Assembly (NCBI GenBank): GCA_004764695.1
Contig: SMSO01000035.1
Span: forward strand, 372,001-436,000
Length of the DNA: 64,000 nt
Direction of reading: 5' to 3'
Origin: Schizochytrium sp. TIO01
Taxonomy: Eukaryota > Protista > Bigyra: Labyrinthulomycetes
Part shown: positions 46,447-59,100 of the stretch, in pieces
Position numbering within the stretch: position 1 is the first letter of the stretch
Layout: each line of letters opens with the position of its first letter
The notes under the pieces: model-generated
Told to the model about the DNA's origin: nothing
Databases searched by the model: none
What the model saw: the letters and a program-made list of their open reading frames with translations, nothing else
Translations under genes and position numbers: made by a program

Positions 46447-49400
46447 TAGTCAGAGAGAGAGTGAGTAGTAGCCAAAGCAGCGCAGAACTGACTCGGCTGA
46501 CGGACAAACAAATAAACAAACAGACAGACAGACAGGCAGACAGACAGACAGACGGAGGAAACACCAACAGAGCCTTGGCCGCGGAGCCTTTCAGCCCTCG
46601 GCGCCACAGTTGGTCTGCGTGGGAGGGCGCGGCCTGAAAGCCCAACAAACGCCGGGTCAACAACACTTGGGCTTGGGCTCTCGAGATCTCCAGGAACCAG
46701 CGCCCAAATAAACAAAGAAACAAAGAAAGAAACAAATAATCAAACAAACAAATAAACCAGAACATATATGTATATACACATGGACGCAAGAAGAAGAAGA
46801 AGAAGAAGAAGAAAAAAAACATATATTTATATTTATTTACGCTCAGAAATATAGTGCCTTCCTTTCTTTCTTTCTTTCTCTCTTTCTTTCTTTCTTTCTA
46901 TCGATCAAACTCTTTCATTCATCCTTTCGCAGAAAAAAAGGAAGAAAGCCAAACGCTGGCGGAATAAAAGAGGCGAAAGAGGGCGTCTTTTGTTCTGTTT
47001 CTTTATCTGCTTCTTCACCGCCGACGGAGCTCTGGCCTTTTGCCGATGGAGGGGAAGAGCTCCGCGGTTCCCGAAGCCTGTGCCTGCGTCGCCCTCCTGT
47101 CTCCCACCGGCGCCTCAGTCACGAGCGCCTGATCGATCGATTTCTTCTTCTTCCTCTGGTTTTAAAACGCCTCCTTTTCCCTGGAAAGAAGAAGAAGAAG
47201 AAACAGATCGAACCTACAGTAAGTAAGAGAAGATCCTAGGGCTCCCTACTCTCTACGCTAGCGAGCTCTGCTTTCCTTTCTGTTCCTTTTCGCCTTTTCA
47301 AGTTCTTTGCCCCCTTCTTAAAATCCTTCTCTTTTTTCCTTTTTTCCTTTTTTTCCCACTTTTTTTTTCTTTTTTTTTTTCTTCTTCTTCTTCTTCTTCT
47401 TTTCGTTCGCTTCCTCAGGATAATTGATGAAACAAATAACTTTAAATAACTAAAATTCTCCTCTGGACAGTCCTCCACTTCGTTGAGTCTCTGTCTGTCT
47501 GTATGGTCTTCTTCTCCAAAAAACACACACACGTACTAAGCCCATGTTGGGCTGCCTGGGAAGAGAATAAACCAAGACACAGGAGAATAAAGAGTAAGAT
47601 CCCAGATGCTATACAACCCTATCTTCCCCACCAAGCTTGTTTGCTTCTTCTCCCTTCCTTCCTTCTTTCTTTGGAGGGTGGGTGCGTCTATATTGAAAAG
47701 TTTAACAACAACAATAATAATAATTAATATTATTAGTATTACTATTATTATTAGAATTAGTGGTGGTTTTAGATTTGGTAGCAGTAGTAATTATAATAGT
47801 AATAGCAATAGTGGTGTTATTAATAGCAATAGTATTATTAATAGTAGTAAACAATTCTAAATGTAAAAGTTCTGATAATTACATTTAATATTCTTTTCTC
47901 TCTTTTTTTAAATTAAAAAAAGAAAACTGTTGCCCCTGCCTAACTCTTCTTCTTCTTCTTCTTCTTCTTCTCGTCAGTGTGCGACGAAGACGAAGGAAAC
48001 TCAAAAATCATTTAGTACTACGTGAGCGAGCGCTTCTTGTTTGTGCTGTTTATCGTTTGCACCTCTAACAACAGAGTGAGTGAGGAGTGAAATCATCTCT
48101 CTTCGCTGTAAGAGCACAGGTGGATCGAGATACAAAAGAGACTATGGGACGTACTTGTCAAAGCAATACTTACAGGTCTCCACGTTGAGCGAAGAAGCCT
48201 GGAAACACAAAATGCAGTACTTTTGAGGATATCATCGCCGGTTAAAAAAATACTGTTTCCATCCAGGCCGACCCCTCTTTAGCTTCTTCTCCTCACCTTC
48301 CTTCGGCAACGCAAGAGGCACGGCACTTCACAGCTCGGAAATTACAACAACTATTGTACGGCGGCAGCTTCTAGGCAGGCGACGCTTTCTCTCATCGAGG
48401 GCGCTGCTTCGAGGATCACTGTGGCAGCGAAAAGACATCCATCCATCCACCAAGGCTGCTGATAAGAGCCTGCCTGCTCTGTTTAAATGTAAACATTTGA
48501 GTGAAGGGCGGAAGCTAAGGTGCTTGAAAGTTTTATTACTTACAATTCTTTACCTTTATTCACTGACCGTGGAGAATTAGTTAATTCATTCATTCATTCA
48601 TTCATTCATTCATTCATTAATAGACACCGTTGGTGTCGGAGAGTTTTGAGATTTACCTTTCGCCGTCGTTTTGTGATGAAAAAGCTGTCTTCTTTTGAAG
48701 TTTGAAAGCGCTTTTTGTTCTTCTAACTTTCAATTTATTTATATTTATGTAATTTAAATAAACAAAGGAATCAAATAAAAACAGTGCGTGCACGTACTCT
48801 CTCTCCTGCCGCACTTGGACAGAAGAGCTCATGGATTGCTGGGAAAGGTGGACAGAGCAGGTGAACGGACGTATTCTCTAATAAGCGCCTCGCCCTCGCA
48901 AGTTAAGCAAGGCACTTTTTGCCAAAGCGAGTCACAGAAACTCAAAAACAGCCCAAACCTGTTTGAGGTAGCCCGCCATCCTGTTCATGAATCACGTCAT
49001 TTATTCATTTATTTTATTCATATTTATTTTGTTTATTTATTTTGCTTATTTGTTTTGGTTTCTAGGATCAAGAGAAGCATAATACAACAGATCTACTGTC
49101 AAAAAAAGTGAATTTTTAAAAATCATTCTTTGTGGGGTTCTAATGCACGTAAACAAAATGTACTTTGTATTTTCAATGCAAAAAGAATCGGTTCGTGTCG
49201 TTCGTTTCCTCATCCTGGATCGATTCCGCGTTTCCCAGCTCTCTCGCATTCCTTCTAACCCAGGAAACCGCAGCACGAGACGCGCACTGCTGTGTATGTA
49301 TGTAACGGAGGCTCTGGCCACTCCGAGTCGCAAATCCCCGTTTCTTTGCCCGATAGATCGATCTCTCGCACTCTCTGGCTCATTCGAGCATTTTCGTTTA

Positions 49401-51694
49401 AATGCATTAGCGGCGGTGACACAATTGATCATCTTCGACGTATGAAAACAAACAAACAAACAAAAACAAAACACCGCACCGCCACTGGAGATAAAAGAAA
49501 CAAACAACAAACAAGGAGGGAGCGAACTCTCTCGATTCGATTAGAACAAGGAGAAGAAGAGCATAAAAACAGCAGAGAAGCAAAAGCTTCTGCTGTATTT
49601 TGTTTCGTTCTATTTTGTTTTGTTTTGTTTGTTTTGTTTCGTTCAACCGCAAGTTGAAAGGGGTCTCTCACTCTCTCTAAGTCTTTGCCATCTCCATCTT
49701 TTAACTTTCTTTCTCCCGGGCCCTCGCAGAGTCAAAACAGCGCAGCTCATTCCATACAGCTTTTGGCTTTTTATTTCCGTTTGTAGTTGTTTGTAATTGT
49801 TTGTTTGTAGTTGTTTGTTTGTAGTTGTTTGTTTGTCGCTCTTTGGGAAAGAGGCAATCTTGAAATCAGCCGAACAAGCGACCCTTCCTTCATTCAAGTT
49901 CAAGTGGAGTGAAGAAAACCATCTCCAGCCGCCAACATCATAGCCCAAGCAAGCAAGCAAGCTAGCTAGCTAGCTAGCTCTTCAATTCTCCTACCTCCCT
50001 CCTCAGCGCAGCACCAGCTCTGCGTCCATCGAGGCAAAGCAAAGCAAGCAAAAGGTCAGCATAGCAAAGCAAAGCAAAGCAAAGCAACAGTAAACAGAAC
50101 AGGCAAATTCGGCCTTGCGCTCTTCTTTCTCTGGTGGTAAGATAAAGCACAAACGAACGCATAAAGGCTCATTCAGGCAGACTCTGTTTGTTTGTTTGTT
50201 TGTTTGTTTGTTTGTTTGAGGCAGCTTTGGCTTCTTCTTGTTCATCATCTTCTTCTGTACAGACAGACAGACAGACTGATTGATTGACTGATTGACTGAC
50301 GGAGCGATCGATCGATCGATTGATTGTGGTTCCACCCATCGTTCATGGGACGCCGCTCGCAGAGGCACTCGCTACTCCCAGGCTCCACCGTCGCGCCTGC
50401 CTGCAGCCCAGCATCGAGCGGCGCCAGGCGTCGAGCGCTCCTGCCAGAGCTTGCGGGCTCGCGAGCGATTGGATTTGATTGATCTGGTTTGTCTGCAGCT
50501 CGCGAGCTTTCATCGCTTGCTTGCGGGCGACGGACTCGCGGCGTTGCCGCGTCGAGGCGTGCAGCCAGCGGGCGCGGGCTCCGCGAGCAGCTGCTTGCTC
50601 GCTCTCGTTTCATGCGCGGCGGCGATCTGCGACGGCTCTCCTGATTGATCTCCATCGCTCAAATCGCATCAGATCGGCGCGGCTCGAGCTAACCTCTTTC
50701 TCGCCCGCCCCGCGACCTCGAAACCGGCAGCCATCGCCGCCATCGCCATCCATCGCCATCCATCCGCCGGCTGATCCAGCGACGCGGCGGCCCACGGCGC
50801 AGGCGAAGGCCTCCCAGCGGAGGAGACGCGCGGCGCCTCGAGCGGAGTAAGTAAGAAGAAGGCGAAGAAGAAACAGTCCATCGTCGATCGATCGATCGCT
50901 CAACAATCGATCGATCGATCAATCGATCAATCGACCAAAGAGGAACAGAAAAACAAACAACAAACAAACAAACAAACAAAAGAGGGAAAGCCGACCTTCG
51001 AGAGGGGACAGCCTCGAGGTGGCAAGAACTCAGGGTCTGCCTGCTCCTGGAAGCGCCGGCTGTGTTCTCGCGGCGCGCACACCGGGTCCTCGTAGGTGCG
51101 CGGGGACCCCCGGGCCTGATCGGGGAAAAAAAAAGAGAGGAGAAGAAAGGTAGGTGAGGTCCACAGCGTTTAGGGGGAAGCGTCGCGGAGGAGACCGATT
51201 GCTTCCGTCTCGTCGGGCCCCTCTGGGATTCTTTTTTGTTATAGTTGGTCAGTCTATTGAAATTCTGGTTGTAGTAGAAGGGGGAAACTTGCTGGTTGTG
51301 GTATTGGGAACGCTCAGAGAGTTGCTGGGAGTAGGAGGGGCCGCCTTCCGTCTGTCTCCACACGGTTTTTTTTTCTTTTTCTTTTTTTGGTTGCCTTTCT
51401 ATCTATCTATCTATCTATCTATCTGTCCCTTTATCTCGATCTCTCTGTGGGTGTCTGGCGGCGGGATTTTTTCTCCCGTCTGATTCTTTCTTTCTTTCTT
51501 TCGTTCGTGATTTCCATTTTCCTCGCGTTCTTCTCGATTGGTCGCCTGTTTTGATAGGATTGAGCGGTCGATTGATAGAAAGATAGTTAGATACGGCTGA
51601 TCGATTGGTCGATACATAGACAGATAGATTGGCTGGCTGGGCGTGTTTGGCTTTGATTTGAGGCCTTCGTTGCGATAGACCGACCGACGGAACA

Positions 51695-51771
51695 ACCGAC
51701 TGACTGACTGACTGACTGACTGATTGATTGATTGTTTGCTTCTTGATTGGTGTTTCATTTCCCTTTTCTTT

Positions 51772-51809
<38 letters not shown>

Positions 51810-52108
51810 TCTTTCTTTCTTTCTTTCTTTCTTTCTCGCTCTTTTTTGTTTGCAGTCAATTAATCAATCAATCAATCAATTAATCAATTGATCGATCAGT
51901 CACTCTGTTAATCAAAATCGATTGATTGGAGGCTTTTATAAGAATCAGCTGATTGATTGACTGACTGACTGACTGACCGACCAACTGACTTACGAAGTCA
52001 CTGGGTCTACCTTCCTACGCAGTTAGTTTCACGCTATTAGTTGGTCGATCGACTGTTCGTTTGTTTGTTTGTTTGTTTGTTTGTTTTTGTTTGTTTGTTT
52101 GTTTGTTT
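51695..52108. repeat. Cluster of tetranucleotide microsatellites (GACT, GATT, GCTT, CTTT, CAAT, GTTT) just upstream of the zinc-finger gene
   Basis: Direct reading. Confidence 0.9.
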
Positions 52109-52452
52109 GATCGTCCGTTCGAACGATTTAACTGTTTAACAAACACATTTAATTTGCCAATCTTCACAACAATCAATCAATCAATCAAACAAACAAATAG
52201 ATAGATAAACAAATCATCGTTCGTGAGAGGGCCGAAAGGACCGCAAGAACACACCCTCTGAAGGCACCAGAGGGGGAGGGAAAAAACCTGCAAGCAACAG
52301 CAGGAAGTAGAAGCGGGCTTTCTGAGAGAGCGGTGCCCCGCAGCCCGCTTGTCCACAGTGCAGATAGGCCAACAGCCCCGCCTACAACGGCCCGGATAAG
52401 CTTGTAAAGCCACAGCCGGCCCCGCAGCGACTCCACAGCCGGCGATAGCATT

Positions 52453-52668
52453 ATGAAGGTCAAGCCCGACAAGAACTCAGGCCACGTGCGCCGGCCTTTT
52501 CATAAAGAGGATGAGGCAGCCAAAAAGAAAGAGAAAGAGAAAGAGAAAGAGGAGAGCAGCGACAGGAGAGGGCGCAAGTATAACAAGTACAAGAGCAACA
52601 GCGGCAGCAGCGGCAGCAGGAGCAACAGAGACAGCTTAAGCAAGCAGTACAGAAGCAGCAGCAGCTGC

Positions 52669-52733
<65 letters not shown>

Positions 52734-54122
52734 CAATTGCAGCAGGAGCGAGGAGGAGGATAAGAAGAGGAGGAAGAAGCAGAAGCAGGAGGAGGAGGAG
52801 GAGGAAAAGAGGATAAACCTCGGCGGCGACAAAATCGTGAACGAGGAAGAGTCCAACTCGCTGCTGCTGGGCGGCTTGGTGGGCGGGAGCTATAACGCGA
52901 ACCTGGGCGGCGCAAAGGTCGTGGAAGGGGCCAGGGTGAAGAGAGGCGGAAGCGGGCGGGGCGAAAGCAGGCCCGACGGAGGTCCTCGTTTTGGCAAGTC
53001 TGGCGTGAGCGGCGGCGGCGGCGGCAACATTGCCCGGTTTGGAAACAACGAGCTAAGGCCAGTTGCGTTTGGCCTAGGTAGCGGCGACCTCGGCGGCTCA
53101 GGCGTCGAGCAGCAACGGCTGGCCGGCTCGGTGCTGGGAGGACTTCTGCTTGGAGCAGGTAACAAGAAAGTAAGCCTTGCAGACCTCCTCGCGGCGAGTG
53201 GAAGCCAAGATCGCCATCAAAGTCAGCCCAAGCGACAGCAGGGACTCGAAGAAGGCCGCCTTCAGAAGCAGACCAACTCGAGAAGGAGACCAAGGGATTC
53301 TGCTTCTTCGTCTTCGCCTTTGCCTTCGTCTTCGTCTTCGTCTTCTACCTCAAACAGAAACAAAACTGGCCGCGTGAAGAAAGCCAAGACCTCGGTGGAG
53401 TGGAGACCTTCGTCAAGGGCATCTGTACTGTCATCTTTGTCATCCTCTCGGTCAAGAATCTCAGAATCCCCGCCACTGCTAGGCCAGCTGGAGGAGGATA
53501 TTGGCCACAACCGCACGGATGAAGACTCGAGCGACGTCGGCATGAAGAGAAGGCACTACGATGATGGCAGGACGCCCTCAGAGGCAGACAATATTACACG
53601 CTTAAAGGGACATCAAGCACGACATGACGAAGAAGACGACAACGACGACACTGGCAAGTTTAACAATGTACACGACGACGAAGAAGAGGGAGACGATGAA
53701 GAAGGGGAAAACGCAGCAGTGAAAAGAATTTTAAAGCAGCATCACCAGCACTCCGTGCAGCGAGGCCGAACAACCATGATGAACAGCAATAGCGGAACCG
53801 GAAGCGGGAGCTCTTCAAGCAGCAACAGTAGCTCGTCGTCAAGTAGTATTAAGAGCGAGCACAGAAAGATGAACAGCAGCAGCGGGAATAATACCGACAA
53901 GAAAATGAGCAAGCACGCTCAAAATGACGACGGTGAACACGCAGGCAGCAGTAGCAAGAACCGCTTGCTCGGTGGCAGCGGCGGCGGTGGCAGCAATAAC
54001 AGCAGTAACAACAATAACAGCAACAGGAGTAGCAACAGCAACAGCAACAATGGCACAAACAGCGGTAACGGTGGTGGAAGTCACAGCAGTGGCAATAACA
54101 ACAACAATAATAACAACAACCG

Positions 54123-54153
<31 letters not shown>

Positions 54154-56033
54154 AACCAACAAAGGGGTGGCGGATCAAGCAGTAAACGCGATTCCGGCTC
54201 TGAAGAGGGAGTCGATGACGAGATCTATGCCGACGAAGACGTGGACGATGATGAAGAGGAAGAAGGTCATTTGGACGATGACGATGACGGTGACGATGAT
54301 GTTGATGACAAGGACGAAAGCGACGGCGACAGGAGTAGCAGTGGCGATAGAACTCACCCGAAGAAGAAAAAGGGTGAAGGAATCACGCGGCTCTCAGACA
54401 CAAAAGCTGATAAGCTCCGCGAAGATCTGGCCAACGGTATGTACCGCGCCTACATCGAAGAGCTCGGTCCGCGCAAGTTTAAATGCAAAATATGCAAACG
54501 CACGTTCTCGTGGCAAAACTCTCTCGTGCGGCATCTCACTTGCGTACACGCGAATATTCGAAACTTTCAATGTCCAAGATGTTATAAATCCTTCAAAGGC
54601 CGGCACGGCCTCAAGTATCACATTGAGGCTCGAAGCTGTCTCAAGAGCAAAGTTAATCCAAAGTACGCTCCACAACTTCTTGACGGCCTTATTCAGATGC
54701 CGCAGGGGGGCACAAACATGCCAATCATGATGCCACAGCAAAACATGCAACTTCTCCCACCAGGTTTCACTACACAGCAGTTTACTCCCTACGCTTGCGG
54801 CATTTGTAGACACGGCTTTGGTACTTTGCAGGAGATGCTGGCTCATTCGCAAATCGCACATGGCATCTCTACTATGGCAAATCCAATGTCAGCAGGCCCC
54901 AACTCTTTTGCAGGCAAAGAAACCAATAATCCTAATGCCACTAATGCTGCAACCGCTAATCAGGAACAACAGAACCCTCGCTTGGTGATGGTGCAAGGCA
55001 TGCAGATGCAGATGCCGCAGCAACAGAATATTCAACTGCAACAGTTTATGCCCTCTGGACAATCCCATTTCCACATGCAAATGCAACAACCGCAGCAACA
55101 ACCGCAGCAGCAGCAGCAGCAACAACAGCAACAACAACAACAACAACCGCAGCAACAAGAAGGTTCGAGAAACATGCTGCCTCAACAGCAGCGACAAACA
55201 CCAACGCAACTCCAGTCAGGAAGCAGCAGCAGTGACAACAGAACCGGTAACCCCAGCAACGAAGCCTCAGCTACTTCTTCCTCTTCCTCTTCCTCTTCGT
55301 CTCCGTCAATAAACGCCTCGCCCTCGAAACAACAGCAGCAAGGGGCCCACACCTTGCACTACTTGGGTATGCCGCCTTATACGATGCAGAGTTCGCAAGG
55401 CTCAAGCAATTTGAGCGGCGGCAGTGGTAGCAACGCCAATAATAGCATCCCGACGTCGGCTTCTTCGTCAACACACGCCTCGTCCACGCCTCAGCCCTCG
55501 CAGCAACGCATGGCATCCTCTGGGTCTGCCTCATCTCAGCCTGGCAGCACTGCCAGCAACAGTGGCAACAATAATACTACTAATCCCAACAGCGGTAGCA
55601 ATAATAATAACCCCACTGTGCCCTCCCCACAGGCACATCTACATCAGCAACTGCAAAACAATCCATACTACTCACAGCTTGCCAACAACGCCCAGTTTTC
55701 TGATTTCTGGCGTCAGTTGCAGCAGCAACAACAAATGCCTCAGCCGCAGCAACAACAACCGCAGCAACAAACAGCAGCAACAACAACAAATGCCTCCGAT
55801 GCAGTTTTTCCAGCAACAATTTCAACAGCCGCAGCAGCAAGCTAACCAGAATATGGGTGGCCAGCAGGATCAATACCAGCACCAACATCAACTCCAACAA
55901 CACCAGGGCAACCCAGTCCCATCTGTGCAGCACCTCGCTATGCAATACTTCTTGCAACAGCAGCAACAGCAGCAACAATCACCTCAGTTCATGTCGCCAC
56001 CGCAGCTGCAGCAAATGATGTATCAACAACAGC

Positions 56034-56067
<34 letters not shown>

Positions 56068-56146
56068 GCCCCAGCAGCAACAGCAACAGCAGTATCCTGC
56101 GCAATGGGCCCAGCTGTTCAATAATTTTGGTCAACCACGAAGCTAG
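52453..56146 (+). CDS. Large low-complexity C2H2 zinc-finger protein (putative transcription factor) with apparent +1 frameshift at ~55771
   Basis: Fingers CKICKRTFSWQNSLVRHLTCVH, CPRCYKSFKGRHGLKYHIEARSC (C2HC) and CGICRHGFGTLQEMLAHSQIAH, plus poly-S, poly-N, acidic and poly-Q tracts. The main frame stops at 55845, but the Q-rich sequence continues in the +1 frame to 56146. Confidence 0.85.
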
Positions 56147-59100
56147 AGCGGCGTTTGCTCTGCGCTTTATATTTTTCTGTTCTATGCGCCCTGTGAAACT
56201 TGCTCCACGGGGGTGGACACAACTAGGGCCAGACTCCATTTCATTTTGTCTTTTGGTGGCTTGATCCCTTTTCGTCTTGATGTGCATTTTCTTTCATTTC
56301 TCTTTATACGACTTGACTTTGACAAACCATATTTCTTCTATATCACCCCTTCATATTCTCTTTTCAAACTCTTTTATTTGCACATACGTACCCTTACAGA
56401 CGTTGTCGCATCCCTATGTCTTCTAGTTGTTGGGTTGAATTGGTTGATTGTTCTGCGCGCGCAAGTCTATCAGCAGTACCATGCACTACACCCACGCAAG
56501 ACTCTGGATGCCCCTCGGTCATACCTTCCTGCCTTAACACACATAGCAACTTCCGAAGTACTGCTTGAGAAATAAATGACCATAAGGAACCCTTTACATG
56601 CACAAAGCGTGAGAGGACAATGGTTGAGTTAAATCTCAAATACAATAGTTTAGTCCCAATCAAGCGTGGAATGGTGGCATATTCTGAATCGAGCTTCGAA
56701 CCAAAGGGAAAAGGGTCGATAGGTGTGGCTTCTGACTAGAGAGCGCCAATAATGACTTAGTCCACAGTTGATCTGATCATTTGCAAAAATAAAGAGCAAA
56801 TAAACCATTGCATTGTGGCCAAGCGGAAATGCCAACCTATCTAAAGCTGCTTTGTATTCACTCGCTGGCAAAGGCATTCGCAATCGATGGAGGCAATTAG
56901 TTCTAAAGGTCTTAAACCTTAAATTCATAGGAATCTTGTCCTGTGTCTTCGATAGCCCAGGTCCGAATTATTAGCAGAGCTGTCTTCTCCTTGTTACAAC
57001 AAAAATAGCAATTCGGGGTCATAGGAAAAGAGAGAAAGAACTAGCAATCTTTCTTTTTATTGACCTTTCAGGAATCTAGTAGAAGTAATTTTGTTAATTG
57101 ATTGATTGATCTTGCTAACGAAAACATACTTTTTAATCGACAGACTCCAAAAGCTGTTTGGACTCTGTCGAAGCATTACATTTCAACTCGCCTGGACTCA
57201 TACCTTCAGCGCACCTACTCACAGGCGTCTTAGTTTCTGTGTAGAGATACAATTTACATTTCTCGACATTGATACGATAATACACCAAGTGAATGGGTTT
57301 AGGTCAGAGTCTCCGTAGCCTTCTACATAGGTCTCCAGAGAGGCACTTGTCTAACACAACATAGCCCGAATAGGCATGTATAATCAATCATCATGGTCGA
57401 CAAATCCAGCGATTCATTTGCTCTGCAGGAACATCAGCAGCTTGTAGCTTTGTGTTCGTGTTCACGTAGTCTGCGTGCCAAATCCTCCATAAACTTTAAC
57501 ATACCTATCTATTCTGTCTGTCTCGAGAAGTTGATAACAAGCACTATTAGAATCATCTACATTTTCTGTCCCTTGCCGAGATCTATCCGAAATAAAAGCA
57601 AACAAGACTCCATCACATTCGCGGACACAAGAGATAATTAGAAGCACAAAACAGAACCACTATTCATAGTTTAACAGACATGAAACTACTCTGTCTGGCA
57701 TATATTTGATAGCTTGCGATGGTTCAACCTCGCAAGCCTTACCTTCGTAGAAAACAAAATGCTATCTTTATTTATTCTAAAGTCCAGTACTTCAACTTTG
57801 GAGGCAACCCCAAGATTCCTTGCAACGAGCTGCAGTAATCTTTAGGGTTTCTGTCGTGTATAGCTCACACACACAAAAAAACACATAGTTTTGTAACATG
57901 CAGCTTGCTTGAAACACCCCAAGGTAGAATAAAAGTTTGCATGTAGCTGGTGTTGATAATGCAACTAGGATTCTCTTCCGTATATACACACCATTTTCCT
58001 GCTTCCCATAGGTCTTGAATAGAATTCATGTCTTCACAATAATTCGCAACTGATAACAAATCTAAATACACGATGTAGAAAAATAGAGCGAGTTCCAAGA
58101 CTCTGTCTGGTACCATGCCAAAGAAATGTTGTCCCCCTCGAAAAGTGAAGACATGCATTTAAGAGTTCAAGAGCTGCACGTTCAATTGTTATATAGCTCC
58201 CCCTGCTGAGAGATGATGCTGGTTAGCTTGAAGTCGACTGTATAGATGAAGGCAGGAGTCTTGATGAAGGATTTAAGAAGGTTGATTTTAAGAGTTAGTG
58301 AACTGCTGTCCTGGAAATGAATTCCTGGGCAAATGGATTCATGTAGTAATTTGGGAGGCTAATACATTCTTGAGATGGGGTTAGGTCAATTCAACCTCTT
58401 CATGAATCGATCCAAGTTCCACCATACTTGGATCTAGGGGATTTGTAGTCTCGATTTGGTTCTTGACTCTGGCAGCCACATGGCTCTGGCTGTCTACTCC
58501 TGCTCTACTGTAAGCCTCATATATGCAACGGTTTTACAAAGGGACGCCAAGAACACTAGCAGTGTCTTGTCTACTAGTTCCTTCGATTGGAGATCTCAGC
58601 ACTTCAAAATGGCTTTAAGCTAAAAACTTTAGCATCCTAGCAACGTAGTTTTCTTTGCTACCATAGGAAGATCGCTCACAAAGTTTTTACAATTTAGGTT
58701 GTGCAACATCTTAACGAGTAGACGAAGCATTGCCAAGCATTGATTAATGTTTTCATCAACTTCATCTCCAGGTACTTACCCCGGACATAACTCGAATGCA
58801 TGTATTCTACATCTGCAAAGTCAGAAGGCAATGGGGATTAGTCTCATAGGTACAGCTTGTTTTGCATATTTGAAATACTTTAATTCATTTGTGAAGAAAC
58901 TTTCGTCAAGTCTAAAGAAGCATTAAGTGCGAAATCTCTAGAATCTTTTTTTGTCTCCGCACAGAGTGGCCTACGCAAGGATGGATGCATTTGCCAAGTG
59001 ACCTGTGTGAAGAGTCTCCATCGAACAATTTAACATACTACCACAGCACTTATTTTGATCGCATATTGAACCCAGCCATTATAAATGATAGTTTATTGGA

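Larger units (their letters stand above)
28905..52452. other. 23.5 kb ORF-poor, microsatellite-dense intergenic region
   Basis: Only short or low-complexity ORFs with no recognisable domains. Many di- to octanucleotide repeats and homopolymers alternate with GC-rich islands. Confidence 0.75.

Noticed and set aside
37643-51758. Many 100-230 aa ORFs in the desert (e.g. 38179-38862, 40742-41206, 50689-51363)
   Set aside because: They are products of microsatellites and GC-rich sequence, many have non-ATG starts, and none shows a recognisable domain.
52460-56287. Antisense and alternate-frame ORFs over the ZF gene (poly-C, poly-L, poly-V, poly-T)
   Set aside because: Shadows of AGC/AAC/CAG repeats. 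Only the 3' part of 55424-56146 is retained, as the frameshifted tail.
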